DNA of 64,000 nt from NCBI GenBank assembly GCA_028534125.1, contig CM052817.1, positions 45,634,001 to 45,698,000 of the forward strand. Direction: 5' to 3'. The first letter of the stretch is position 1. Every line of letters begins with the position of its first letter. Made by a program: the position numbers and the translations under genes. The notes under the pieces were generated by a model. The model did no database searches, had not been told where the DNA came from, and was given only the letters and a program-made list of their open reading frames with translations. Of this stretch, positions 12,100 through 25,215 are shown in pieces. Source of the stretch: Lama glama (taxonomy: Eukaryota).

Positions 12100-13802
12100 C
12101 CAGCTTTATTGAGGTTTAAATGACAACAGTGTAAGATATTTAAAGTGTGCATTTTGATGATCTGATAGCCATATACATTGTGAAAGGATTCTCACCTCAC
12201 ATATTTCTTACCCCTTCTGCCCATCTTTTTTTGGTTAGAGCAGTTAGTTTCTCCACTCTCCCAGAAAATCTTCCTTATACAATATGGTGTTGTCAACAAT
12301 AGTCACCACCATGTTTTACATTATCCTCAGACTTTATCCATCTTATACCTGAAAGTTTGTATCCTTTTACCAAATGCTCCCTATTTTGCCCATCCCCAGC
12401 CCCTGGTAATCACTTTTCTATACTCTATTTCAAAGAGTTTGACACTTTTAAAAGAAACATTCCACATATAAGTGATACCATTCAATATTTGTCTTTCTCT
12501 GTCTGGCTTATTTCACTTAGCATAATGTCCTCAAGGTCCATCTAGGTTGTTGCAAATGGTAGGATATCCTTCCTTCTCATGGCTGAAGGACATTCTATTA
12601 TATATATGTATATCCATCTCATATCTTCTTTACCTATTACTCTATTGATAGAACTTAGGTTGTTTCCATATTATGGTACCATGAATAATGCTGCAATAAA
12701 CATGGGAGTGCAGATAATATCTTCAAAATTCTGTTTTTCATTTCTTTTGGGTATATTCTCAGAAGTGGGATGGCTGGATCATGGGGTGGTTCTATTTTTA
12801 ATGTTTTGAAGAACCTCCATACTGATTTCCATAGTGGTTGCACTGATTTACATTTGCCCAATAGTTCAAAAGGATTTCCTTTTCTCCACATCCTTGCTAC
12901 TTGATATCTCTTGTTGTTTCAATGATGGCCAATCTAATGGGCGTGAGGTAATACCTCAGTGTGGTTTTAATTTACATTTCCCTGATGATTAGTGATGTTG
13001 AGCCCCTTTTCATGTACCGATTGATTATATGTACGCCTTCTTTGGAAAAATTTCTGTTTAGTTCCTTTGCTCATTAAAAAACCATCAAATTGTTTGTTTC
13101 CTGCTATTGAGTTTTATGAGTTCTCACATACTTTGGATTTTTAACCTCTTATCAGATATGTAATTTAAAAATATTTGCCACCATTCTATAGGTTGCCTTT
13201 TTAATTTTGTTGATTTTTTTCCCCCTTTACAGAAGCTTTTTAGCTTGATATAGTCCCTCTTGTTTATTTTTGTTTTTGTTGCTTTTGATTTTAACGGCAT
13301 ATCCAAAAATCATTTAAAAACCAATGTCAAGGAGCTGGCATCCTTGTCTTTTCTTCTAGGAATTTTATTGTTTCAGGTTAAATTTAAGTCCTTCATCCAT
13401 TTTGAGTTGATTTTTTGTGTGTGGTGTAAGATAGTGGTCCAGTTTCATTCTTTTGCATATTGGCTGTCCAGTTTTGCCAACATCATTTATTGAAAAGACT
13501 ATCCTTTTCTCATTGTATATTCTAGTCTCCTTTGTCATTAATTAGTTGAATATATGTCCATGGGTTTATTTCTGAGTTCTCTATGCTGTTCCATTAATCT
13601 GTGTGTTTTTCCCCATAGCTTTGATTATCGTAGCTTTGTAATATAGTTTGAAATCAGGATGAGTGATACCTTCAGCTTAGGCTATTGGGAGTCTTCTGTG
13701 GTTCCATATAGATTTTAGGATTGTTAGTTCCATTTCTGTGAACAATCCTTTTGGAATTTTGACAGAGATTGCACTGAATCTGTAGATTGCTTTGGGTAGT
13801 GT
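12100..13802 (-). mobile_element. L1MA-type LINE-1, 3' UTR plus decayed ORF2 C-terminus
   Basis: ORF remnants QPLWKSVWRFFKTLKIEPPHDPAIPLLRIYP and KATKTKINKRDYIKLKSFC are L1 ORF2 sequence. Confidence 0.93.
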
Positions 13803-14241
13803 GTTAAAGCCTAAGGTTTGTTATTCTCTTCATCCTCCTCTGTGTCCTAGGAGGTTGACATGTATCAATTAGATCAACCAGTCTCCTTTCCTTCCTGAAG
13901 TGCAGAGGATGTTAGAGGAGACAGAAGCAAAGTTTTTTTTTTTTCTTTCTTATCTCCTTCCCTCCCAGACTTCAGGTTGGTAGTGGCAGAGTTCCTCTAC
14001 CAAGGCCACAGTTCCCGTCAGGTGACTGTCCAGTAATTCCAGGTCTTACTGCATTCTGCTAACTGCTCCATTTCTTCTGACCTAGGTATAGTATCCAACC
14101 TCTTGCTGCTATCCTTGTGGTTGATCATCATTCTTGTGGGTGGGTTACCACCACATTTTTGTCAATAGTCTCTTAACTAAACTCTTCTCTATTACTCTGT
14201 TTAAATGTGTCATCTATCCTGCCAGTACCCTAATGGATTAC
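13803..14241 (+). mobile_element. LTR33-like ERVL LTR
   Basis: 3' end taaactcttctc...tgtgtcatctatcctgccagtaccctaatggattaca resembles LTR33. Confidence 0.6.
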
Positions 14242-14679
14242 ATAATTGGGGCAAAGAAGGGCCCCTATCATGACCTTTTAAAATGAGTTTCTGGGATTGA
14301 GAGTCCTACTTATTTGATAAATATATGAATAACTTTTTTTCTTACTGGGGTAAATGAGACATTGACAATCCATATATGGTGCCATCATGATTACTCTGAG
14401 TATCACCAGCAGCAGCACATGATGTAGTATAGATGGAGGGCAAGGTAATGGGAGACCAGGTTATTCATTCTTCCAACACCATTTATTGAATAACCCTTTC
14501 TTCCTTTACTGATTGAAACCATCTTCTTTCCCATAAACTAAATTCTTTTATACTGAGGTGTATTCTTGGGCTATCTATTTTGTTCTGTTTATTTGGATAA
14601 ATCTCACATGATCACCCTATTTTATTGACCCTCTATGCAAGTCAAGGACATAACATTGATTCATAATAAAATAGCCTCC

Positions 14680-14930
14680 ACTCAATAGTGCTTCCTCTGT
14701 ACCGGGCACTGTTCTAAGTGCTTTAGGTAGATTAACTCATTTCATCCTCACAACAGCTCTATGAATAGAAGCTGTTATTATCTATGTTTTGCAGCTGTAA
14801 AATGAGGACAGAGAAGTTAAGTGACTGGTGCTATATCTCACAGCCAGAAAAGCAAAGGATCTGAGATTTTAGCCTACCAAGTCTGGACTCAGAGTCTGCA
14901 CTGCTAACCACTATGCAATTCTACCTCTAA
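14680..14930 (-). mobile_element. MIR SINE, near full length
   Basis: gggcactgttctaagtgcttt...attaactcatttcatcctcacaacag...gtctggactcagagtctgcactgctaaccactatgc. Confidence 0.9.
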
Positions 14931-15679
14931 CCATGAGTGAGAGTGTCTCTTTTGGAGACTAAAAAGATACAGTCTAGCTGCACTGGTCCTGATGATTTAA
15001 ATTAATCAGATAGAACTTAGATAACCTAGAAAATTGCTAGTTATTATATCTCCTAGACTGTCTCTTTCAATTATCTGTTTCTCAAGTAACCTTCTAGTTA
15101 CTGTCAGACTTTATCTGCATCAGACTAGCAAATTAAGTCCAAAACATTTTATATCTGCCCATCTTCCCTGTTCTTCATATCACTGAGTGAGACAAAAAAT
15201 TCCATTTTTTTCTGGTGCTGGTTTCTCACAAACTATGACTGGCAACTGTATATTTATGAAGTTTCTATTGCATTGCTAGATTCTCATTGCATTATTATAA
15301 CAGATCATAGATTGCATTGATAAATGCCATGAGGAGACATAATAAATATAGTCCATTTTGACTGGGTAAAGTTCTCTTCAACTTTGCTGATCTATAAAAC
15401 AAAGATTAGAACAGTGGACTCCTAGTTTTGGGATGAACATTATAAGATCATGTATGTGAGTACAATTAATGGTGCCTGGCATATGGTAGGTATTCAGGTA
15501 GTGTTGGTAGAATCTGAAGCTCTGGTTATTATAGTGCTAAGACTAAAGGCAGAGAGGAGATGTGGAGTGATATATATTTACTGAGCATTTTCCATAGACC
15601 TGGCACTATGCTTGGTGGTTTCCATGAATGTAGTTTAATACTGTGGAATTAGTTAAGTACTTTTATGAGATGACTTCCC

Positions 15680-16070
15680 CATGTGGTACCAAACTATCAA
15701 ATTATGGTCCAGTATTATGCAAATGACTACCTGTCATTTGGTGAAATAAAAAGGGGAAGGGGTGCCCTCAAATATCCTAATCACAAGTTTCCCTCCCACT
15801 CTACCCTTCAGGTAAGGTCCCCAAGCCACACAGCCTTCCTTGTTAGCAAGTGGACAAGGTACAGTTTCCATTTATCCCCAAGTAACAGGTTTCAGTTCCT
15901 GGCCAACCCATAGAATTGTTCAAATAAGCCAATTGCATCCCAATTGCAATGGGAAAAATTCATCTCTTGATACTACAAAGCTTACCTCCCACAGCCCCTA
16001 GTTGTTCACTCTGTCACTGAGTACAGCTCTGTGTGACCTGTGAGGCACATAGTATCTTCCCTGTCCCTGG
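15680..16070 (+). mobile_element. Older ERV1-type LTR fragment (family uncertain)
   Basis: tgtggtacc... start with LTR-like U3/R text; truncated at the junction with the next LTR. Confidence 0.45.
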
Positions 16071-16071
16071 G

Positions 16072-16611
16072 CACAGGGTAGGGCACAACCACTAAAAGAA
16101 TGACATAGCCATTGAGATAAACAGGGTAGGACATAAATAGTTTAGAATCAACTAGGCCAAGATGGTGGAAGATTTGACTTCCAGTAGACCCTGAGCCTCA
16201 TTCCATGCTCATTATAATATGTTAGCATGCTAAATGATACACCCATAGGTACCATGAGACTTCCATAAAAGGCCAAAAAGTGGGCAGTGGCCTAATTCCT
16301 GGAAATCCTTGCCCCTACTTCAAAATAGTTGGAATAATCGTCCCCCTTGTTAGCATATGACATTACCTAGCCCATAAAAACTAAACACCCCCACATCCCC
16401 GGGGCTGCTCTCCCTTCTGACACAACCACATTCTGACTATGTAATGTGTATCTCTCTAAATAAATTTGCTTTCACTTTACTATGGCTTGCTTTTGAATTC
16501 TTTTCCTGTGCAAAGCCGAGGACAAGGACCCTTACTTGGCAGGGCACATCCCAGGGACTCGCCCAAGACCTGGGACATGACCATCCTCTTGTACCCCCAT
16601 TTTTCTACAAC
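16072..16611 (+). mobile_element. MER41-like ERV1 LTR
   Basis: ttagcatgctaaatgatacaccca, gaataatcgtcccccttgttagcatat and aataaatttgctttcactttact...gaattcttt closely follow the recalled MER41 consensus. The element ends ...acaaca. Confidence 0.75.
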
Positions 16612-16721
16612 ATCCACATAGCCTTAAGGCCAGAATTCCTCTTTTCCCAACAATTTGACTAGAAAGTGGTCAAAATTCTAGAAGAAAATGAATATGATGG
16701 GTCCCATTGAATGTCCTAGAT

Positions 16722-16870
16722 CATAACTTCTCAAACTTTAATGTGGAAATAATTACCTGGAGATTTTATTTAAAATGTCCATTCTGACTTAGGCCTAAAG
16801 TTGGTTTTCAGTGGGGCCTGAGATTTTCCATTTGTAACAAGCTCTCATGTGATGCAACTGCTCCTCAGAC
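16722..16870. mobile_element. MER5-family hAT-Charlie MITE
   Basis: cttctcaaactttaatgtg...aattacctggagatttt...gtggggcctgagattttccatttgtaacaagctc. Confidence 0.75.
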
Positions 16871-16985
16871 CCTATGAGGCACAGAACCCAGGCCAGGGAG
16901 ACCTGGAATGTTCACTTGTATCACTCATCAATGACCTTACCTTACAATCATCTGGGAATTTGGCACATCAAGAAGTGATTGATAG

Positions 16986-17540
16986 TGTTACCCAAAAACT
17001 GAGATCACCTTTTGGTGGGTATCTAGCCAAAAGACACAACCAAGACAAAGATCATGAGAAGGAAGAATTTGTTACTACTTGCAACAAGTAAGGAGAACAC
17101 TGGGAATCTTTCCCAAAGCAATGTCTCCCCAAATAGCAAAGTTGGGGAGGTTTTAAGCTAAGGATACATGCATAATCATGAAGGGGCTGGAGCAGAGGAG
17201 AATTCAGCAGAGAACTGGGGCAAAGGTTGACAGAGTCTAGGCTTAAGTTGATTGAAGTCAGCAGGGTCAGTATCATTATTCCATCCTCCACCTTGGTGGG
17301 GGGCCTCAGTTCCAGTAGAACTCGAAGATATATTATTATGTATATCCTTTGGGGAGGAACTCTGCTTTATCACTGCACCATGGTTTGACTGTCTTTTCTC
17401 TATTCTTGCATTTCTTTGTTCCCTTAAGATAATACATTATTAAATGCATTGTGGCCTGGCTTAGATCACAAAATGGTTTTTCTTAGGACAACCATGCCTG
17501 GTTCTCTTTCTCCGAGGACCCCTTAACCAATCTACTTACA
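16986..17540 (-). mobile_element. ERV1-type solo LTR (artiodactyl family)
   Basis: TG...CA termini. Flanks atag/atgg suggest a 4-bp TSD with one mismatch. Confidence 0.7.
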
Positions 17541-18448
17541 ATGGTACCTTCCTGGAACTGAAACATTCAGACTGAGGGATTGGAAACTGACTAGGATCTA
17601 TGTAAGATGGAAAAATCTACCAGAACCAGAAGCAAGAAACTGCTTAGAGGTCACATGGCCAGGAGACCCATAGTAGCTCCGAGAAAAGGGACTTCAGTTT
17701 CTGCCTTCCTCTGGCTACTCTGTGATCGAAGACTGCTACTATTTTAAAGAAGGAAATGATGGTCTCCGTGAAGTTTATCACTAGATTTCTTAGGATTAAA
17801 GAACTTTTCTTATTTCTATTAGGTTTTTAGTAAGGTTTATAGGGAAAATGTCTGATTCTGAGAAAGCGGGAAAAGAGACAAAAGATTTGTTGCAAAGCAT
17901 CCTAATAAACAAGCCAGATACTTCTCAGTGAGAAGGACAGGAGGAGAGAAACAGAAGGAGAAGAGCTGGATGAAATCAAATCATGTTTTCTCCAGGAAGC
18001 CTGACCTCAGTGAAAATCCAAAAGCAGAGGCCCCCAAGGAGTCCTTCTGCTCCCAGGAGACAGTGCAGATTAGATTGGCCTCATGCTTAGCAGACAGGCC
18101 TTGATACTAAATTCTCTTGACCTTCTCATGTGATTCTTGTCAGCCTGGCCCTCATTTGTTAAGCTTGCTTTAATTATGTGCATAATGGCTCATTATTTTT
18201 TATAAAGAAAACAGCAAAGGAAACAATTATGCAAATGAATGAGGTTTGTTGTTCACCAAGGAGCTGTGGCTACTAGGGCACTGATACAAAAACACCATTG
18301 CCAAACACAGTGTCAAAAGGAACCCCACTAATCTCTGAGATCTCCTTCAGTACATCAGTACCTACAGGATAAACTTTATGTCCAGGGGCTTTGATCAGAA
18401 CAGTTACTCTTCCTTGTTGACATTGAAGGCTTATCCAAGTTGTTCAAG

Positions 18449-18956
18449 TGTTACTGGAGAGTATGTTCTTCTCTCATTGCAGAAAGAGTTCAGAAACGAG
18501 ACATTGAAGATAAGAAAGCAAAGGAAAGATTTATTAAGCAATATACACTTTTAAGGGGGAGTGCAGGCAGACTTAGGTGAGTAGCTGCACTGAATTTTTT
18601 TGGCAAGTTGGTTATATGGAGTGTAAAAATGAATGGGCAGAATATTCATCGGAGGGGAAGGGGTTTGAGGTCATATTTCCTGATTTTCAACCTAGCTCCA
18701 CTTTCCCAAGGGGAGGAGGGATTTTAATCCTTATTTAGTCTTGATTGGAAGTGTCATGGTGTCAGTGCATGATGGTTACTTCTCATTTGCAAGGCTAGTT
18801 TTATTGTAATGTGCGTATAATGAGGATCAAGGTCTACTGGAAGTTGAATCTTCTGGCCATCTTGGGCGTAGTTGGTTCTAACCAATTTATGTCGTATCCT
18901 CAAGGGCTATGCCATTCTTTTGATGATTGTTCCCTGCCCTCTTCCCTCCTGTCTCA
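18449..18956 (-). mobile_element. ERV1 solo LTR with perfect 4-bp TSD (CAAG)
   Basis: TG...CA termini with CAAG at 18445-18448 and 18957-18960, and AATAAA on the minus strand. The 5' end (agggcagggaacaatcatcaaaagaatggcatagcc) is similar to the 16072 LTR. Confidence 0.85.
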
Positions 18957-20279
18957 CAAGATCAAGCTTCTCCTTTTTGGTTTGCTCTTTGATTGTTGTC
19001 AGACAGAAAGGATTTGTATTTTGACCTAGGATTTCTTCCTCTGGTCTCTGTTTTGGAATGTCTCATTCACTCACTCACTCACTCATTCATTCATTTTGCC
19101 TGTTTTAATGCTATCTAGTTAAATCTTTACCTACAAGGCCTGTGCAATTTGGCTACATTTCGTCTTAACCAATGTCATCTCTTTTTGACACAGGTCACTC
19201 ATCACAGGTAGCCTTCCTTCAGCCTTACATATTCCAACCTCCTTTGGTCTTTGGTCTTTTACCTACAATGGATTAATTTCCTCCCACCCCCATGTAACCT
19301 CCAGTTCTGATTCTTTAAATTAGATCAGAAATATATGTCATATGCTTCTATGCTACCCTGTATTTTTCCCTTAAGGCATTTATAACATTTGAAATTAATT
19401 ACTGTTGTAAAATGACCTAAGCTAACTTGGTCATTTATAATTATTACATCTTCTCCAGAACTCATGACCAGCAGGGATATTATACTCAAGGTGAGTCCCA
19501 AAATGGATTCTGCAGAACAAAATATCACCCAGAAAACACAAAACTCATCACATAGCCTGTTCTGTAAGCTCAATGAAATCTTAGCACTCTCTCTTTTTAT
19601 GCACTCAGACAAGCTCTTAATTAAAGGGTTCATTTGAGGCAAATGTGAAAATATTTTAGCAGCAGGATTCAGCTAAATTTCTAATCAGTATCAAATACTG
19701 CCTAAATGATAGGGTATAGAGCCAGAAGAAATACCAAGGCCTAGGGCTACTAGGTTTGGCAGATTCCTAGATTTTTTGAATATAATGCTGTAGAGCCCAG
19801 ACAACATTTTTAGACATTCCATAAAACTAGAAGATCATTTATTTCACCAAAGAAACAGTATCTCCAATGTCTATTATACCAAATGACACATTTTCTGCTG
19901 TTGATCAAATATTAAGGTAACTGTAGCTTTATGGTAACTGTCCCTGGAGGGTGGATTTTGATTAGAGGCTTTCAAATATCACCCCTGGGGTGTATATTTC
20001 TGATTAGAGTTGTTCAGATATCAACCAACCACCCCTAAGGTATAAATTAAAATGCACATCTATATATCACACATTCTGTGAAGTAATTTAAAATAAATTG
20101 CAGGCAATATAGCAATTGTTAAAATTACAGGCTAATTTCTGGTTTGCTTACTGGAATGTAAGTTCCATGGAGGGGGAGGTGACATTCATATCATATACCC
20201 AGAGTATACACAATTTCAGACCTGGAGCAGGTGACCAAGAAATGTTGTTGGAATAAATGGAGATCATCTGCCAACCTCT

Positions 20280-20485
20280 CCCCATTCCTTCCCAATTCTG
20301 CCTTTTTACCTATCATTCCCTTCAATCATTCTCCTTCCTTCCTTCCCTCTTACCTTCCTCCCTCCCTCCTCTCTTTCTCTCTCTATTTTCTCTTTTCCTC
20401 CCCCTTTGCCCTCTCTTTCTCTCTCCCTCCACCTTCTCTTTTTCTTTTTTCTTTCTTGAGCCTCCCCTGTTCCTTTTCTCTTTTT
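20280..20485. repeat. CT-rich low-complexity pyrimidine tract
   Basis: ~200 bp of almost pure C/T. Confidence 0.9.
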
Positions 20486-21114
20486 ATTTGTGTGGGAAAA
20501 TCATGTGGCTTTTTCAAAATTCTGACTGAATATTCTGCCATTGAAGAACTAGTGTCTGAAGACTTGCTTTACCTTGATTTAGTTGCTTGGAGGCTTTATT
20601 TATACTGTTTTGTTTCCTTATCTGTAACAGGAGAGTAGCAGCGGCGCCTCCCTCAGAAGGGTGTCATGAGAATTTGTGGAGTTTTGCCAGCAGGCTTAAT
20701 TCTCCTTCCACCCATCTGCCTCTAACTTAGTCCTAGCCCCCATTTCACTAATTATTAGATTACTTTACTTTCTTAGCCACGACACCATTCATTTCTTTCT
20801 CCAACTGGTCTTGAGAAGGTGAAAGTGTAGCATCTTCTTTGCTGGGTATGTTTGTGCGTGTGAGGTGTGTTGGGGCAGGGACTGGCAGCCAAGAAGAAAT
20901 GTGTTGCTCCACTCTCCTTTCTTTCCAAGATGGGTTCTCTTAGACAAGACAGTTAACCCCTTTCAGCTTTTGTTTTCCTATCTGTAGGAGGGAGTTATGA
21001 TGCCAATCTCACATGGGTGTCATGAGGATAGCATGAGATTAGTATATGTGAAGACAATTGGCCCAGAGAGATGCTCAACAAATGTGAATGGAATTAAATG
21101 ATCCTTTCTAACCA

Positions 21115-21635
21115 CTTGTAACATCAGGGTTCAACCAGGAAGCTGACCTCTCTGAGCTATCGATAAGGGATTGATTACAGGAAGTGGACCTGATATAATT
21201 GTGGGAGGCTGGGGAAGTGAAGGTGTGAAGGGTGAGTTGAAGGATCACAGAAGCCAGCAACTGGTCAATCTGAAAGCCAGGCATAGCTGGCTGCCGAAGT
21301 GAGACTGAAAGGCGGGCTGATGGGAGGTCTGGACCCACAGCCACACATCTGTTGATGAACCTGGGGTCTCTGTTAAACAGTATGATTAACAGTCAGGTAG
21401 AAGCATTTGACCTTGGGTAGAAGAGAGTGACAACAATGTGGAACCCTCTGGCACCTGCATCTGCCTGTCAACCCTGGCTAAGCTTGATGTCCTTAGGGAA
21501 TAATGGCTGCTGCTTCATTTTCACTTTCCAAATCCCATGCAAATTCCAACTCTAACTCTGTTTAACACCCAGAATAAGAATCCTGGGAAATGTAGTTTCA
21601 GCTTTCCCAAGTTGACCTGGAAAAACCATCAGACC
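21115..21635 (-). mobile_element. MLT2E/F-like ERVL LTR
   Basis: cagggttcaaccaggaagc...ctgggaaatgtagttt...aagttgac...aaccatca. Confidence 0.6.
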
Positions 21636-22396
21636 AGTTTTTAAAATATTTTACAGCCAACTCCTTTTGGTTTTGATTTAAACTTTTCAAGAAATGCTAA
21701 AAATACTTTAACCATGATCTTAAGTTTGTGGAATTACATAAAGTGATTTTTGGACTCTATTTATGTCAGGTCCTCTACTTTGCCCTTGAAATGCAATGTC
21801 ACATAAGAGAAGGATTTTTAATGTAACCCTACATTAGTTTGCTTACAAATGGGAAAGGGAGATTGTATTGAGTGTCATTTGGGTTTAAATTTAGAAATGT
21901 ATTAGCAATGACCATATCCAGGCTCTGTAGAGTTTATTCATTTGTTTGTTATTTGTCTCCACCCACCAGATTTTCAGTTTCATTGTCTATCTTGTTGCCT
22001 CTTCCCTGAACCTCTTGGGACTCTGACATGAGAAGCCCAGACTCTTTCAAACCTGTTCTTTTATAATCCCAAGGGGCCCAAAACACTTGTAGGCAAAGAC
22101 TAAAGTAATAAGTACCATCTCTGATTTGTTGAGGAGAAATAATTGTTAAGGTTCTTGAGTACTTCAGGTTAGAGCCTTAAAATTTTCTTTATAAAATGTG
22201 CCTTTCTTACGTGAGGCTGACAGCACACCTGTGAGGCTGCTTACTTCAGGAGATCAAGGCAGTTTCAAGCATTAATCATCTTTCTTGTTAAGACATGGAG
22301 ATTGGAAAGATGAATAAGATGCTGGCACTGTCTAAAGGGATTTAAAATCTAGTGTGTGTTGGGGGTGGGGGAGCAAAAATGATAAGATAACTTTAT

Positions 22397-22500
22397 TATA
22401 TTATCATTAGATAATGATAATATATCATTAATATACTTTAATGACAATGTATCCTTAATGCACTCTTATCATAATGATAATATATCATTAACATACTTTA
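22397..22500. repeat. AT-rich ~30-bp tandem repeat with embedded perfect inverted repeat
   Basis: 22411-22440 and 22471-22500 differ at one base. The 13-bp arms 22397-22409 and 22412-22424 are reverse complements. Confidence 0.85.
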
Positions 22501-24848
22501 GAGTGAGGTCCTCTGGAGGAAAACCTGGTCAATTCTTAGGGAGGAGAGGGCAGAAACTGAGGGAAGCACACCCGAGAAGCTGCCTTCAGTTCTTGGCCCT
22601 CAAAGATTTCATTAAGCATTAAGCACATGAAAGAAAGTAGGCAGGGCGTTCATTCCCAGCAGAGGAAACTCAAGGAGATCTGAACATTTAATTAATCTTT
22701 TAACAGCCCTGGTTGAGTGAACTGAGAAGTTTCATTCTTATTTTAACAAATTAAAGTCTGACGAGAATGGATATAGGAGAAGAAAGGACAAACAAAATAG
22801 AATGAGTTTGTGATTGCACAGGCAAATTGTTAAGGGGATGCAGTTTATTTTCAACATCTCCGTTTACCCTCTGGGGGCTCCCCAGTCCCCTTTGCACTGG
22901 GGATCTCAGCGACCTTCTGCTGTCTCTGGTCGCTCCCCCTGCTTTGGAGCCATTCCTTAGCTTACCAGGACAATTTTCCCCTATTCAACTTACCTGTCTT
23001 CATCTTACTCTTTTGAGGCTCTGTTTATTAGAGTATCTCTTCAGCAGGCACTCACTATCATCATTCATATACCTTACACTTGTAGAGTTCCTTAAAGTTT
23101 GCTCGGCTTTTAAGTACATTACATCATTCAATCAATTTATTTGAATGGATTAATATACTAATAAATTAGTCTCTCTAGGTAACATATTGATACATGTTAA
23201 AGGGGGCTACTAGAAAGAGTACCATAATCCCCTAAATTCCGTAGATTTGCATCATTTTTTTATACTTTGTAAAGTGTTCTTCAAATGTTTTTGTAAAGGC
23301 TCTGGAGTAGTGGGAACTGCACACTGGGTAGATTGGAAGAGAAGGTATCTTAAGGCCTATCTGGTCCTCTGGGGCCAGAGTCACCTCATTGCACAACCCC
23401 AGGGGGTGCCATTGACACGGTTGAGCCCGGGAATGGCACCCCTGCATCCATGTAGGGCACTACCTGTGAGTAGCCAGACCCAGTGGCTCTGTTTGTGGTC
23501 TTTGATTCATTCCCCTGGTGCCTCTGCTGGTGCCCAGGAAGATGGCTTACACCCACTGTCCAGCGATGACTTGGAGAGGGCTGGGTGGAGGGAAGCCTTT
23601 AACCCTACACTTCCCCAGGATGGAGTAACTAAAGCCCCCACCATACGTCCTTCTTCCCCAAGCCCAGGGGTAGTCATAAAACTATGCTTGGCAGAGACAT
23701 TTTTCTCTCAATGCTTATAGTAAACCTTGGAGTTATGATTAGAGCAGAGGCTGGAGATTATAAAACCATATAACTCACAACAGGAATGTTTTCCTTTTAA
23801 GGTACAATCCGTTCTCCTAGGCAGCTGTCGCTTATAGCTCAGTTACCATGTTCTTGTTGCCAAGGACCTGCACACAGGCTGCTGCGATGTTTAGTTTTCC
23901 TGACAAATTCAGAAGGTACCCTACTTTTAGAACTAGTTTGCTTGAGGTCTGTGCACTAGCTGTCAGAGCCCCTTCTTATCCATCTTTTACACCAAATTAG
24001 TATTTTCAGGGCTTCTTGGTTCTTCTGCTATAAACTTATTCTCTCACTGTGACATTTCTACCTCAGAGTCGGGAGGTCTGAAGGAGCCCCCCAGACCACT
24101 GGTTGTCCCAGCAGTTTATCAAGAAGACCTCAGAAAGCATGACAATGTTACAGGAGAAAGCAATAAACAGTGTCCATATCAATTTCACATATTTGCAATG
24201 TAAGATTAATTACAGGCTTCAGAGAGGCCCTGTTATAGTCCTAGCAAACCAAAATATTCTAAAAGCATTGCTTGTGTCAAAAGGCCACGTGAGTCAGCTG
24301 TCCCTGCTAACATTTAGTTCATCTGTATTCCTGTGTTTGTGCTGGGTGTGAATTTCAAAAAGTTTGTGATCACTTTCCTGCACGCAGATAGATTTTGCCC
24401 CAGGCTACACAGGGACCAAAAATAAACAGCACAACAAGAGTTCTTTGCACATGTAGGCATTCCCTCCTTCCCACACCTCTCTTTGCCCAGGTAGGAGATG
24501 TAGAGACATATGGCCTTTTCTTATTCTTGGCTGAGAGTGTGGAGACCCACAGAGATAACATGATACAGCCATGAGGGGCATATGACAAACGAATACGACA
24601 TAAGTGGCAGATGTTCCTCATAAACACTTAAGGGGAAGCTGTCCATAAAGTCACTTTATTTGACAGTGGTTTTGAAAGTTTGAAGGGAGGAGGGTCTGAG
24701 GTTGTAGGAGCCTGACCTGTAGTCCCAGCTGCCATACCCTTGGCTGGAACGGAGATTCCATCCTTCTCTATTTGTTCACAACTGTTTTCTTTGAACTGTA
24801 CGCTAACATTCAGTTCCTGCCAATGCTTAAATTGCTTTTACTTAATAT

Positions 24849-25215
24849 ATATATATGTATTTTTGGTTCTTTTTTTAAAAACAAAAATATAATCAGTTAC
24901 AAAGTGTCAATTTCTGGTATATAGCATAATATTCCAGTCATGTATATATATATACATACATTTGTTTTCATATTCTTTTCATTAAAGATTATTACAGGAT
25001 ATTGAATATAGTTTCCTGTGCTATACAGAAGAAATTTGTTTTTTTTGTTTATTTTTCTATGTAGTGGTTAAATTTACAAATCTCAAACACCCATACTTAT
25101 CCCTTCCCACCCTCTTTTCCCCATAACCATAAGAAAAGAAAAAAGAAAAAGGACACTAATGAACTCATTTACAAAACAGAAATGGACTCGCAGACATAGT
25201 AGACAATCTTATGGT
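24849..25215 (-). mobile_element. L1 3' end with 5' inversion (twin priming), 13-bp TSD
   Basis: TSD ttttacttaatat at 24836-24848 and 25216-25228. Segment 25134-25215 is the adjacent L1 sequence in opposite orientation. Confidence 0.85.

Noticed and set aside
12655..13493. ORFs with protein-like sequence
   Set aside because: Fragments of decayed L1 ORF2 and their antisense, not host genes.
20231..20638. 135-aa F/S/L/P-rich hydrophobic ORF
   Set aside because: Translation of a CT-rich low-complexity tract.
23247..23720. Longest ORF in the track (157 aa)
   Set aside because: Non-ATG start, no recognisable domain and no supported splice structure; this length is expected by chance.
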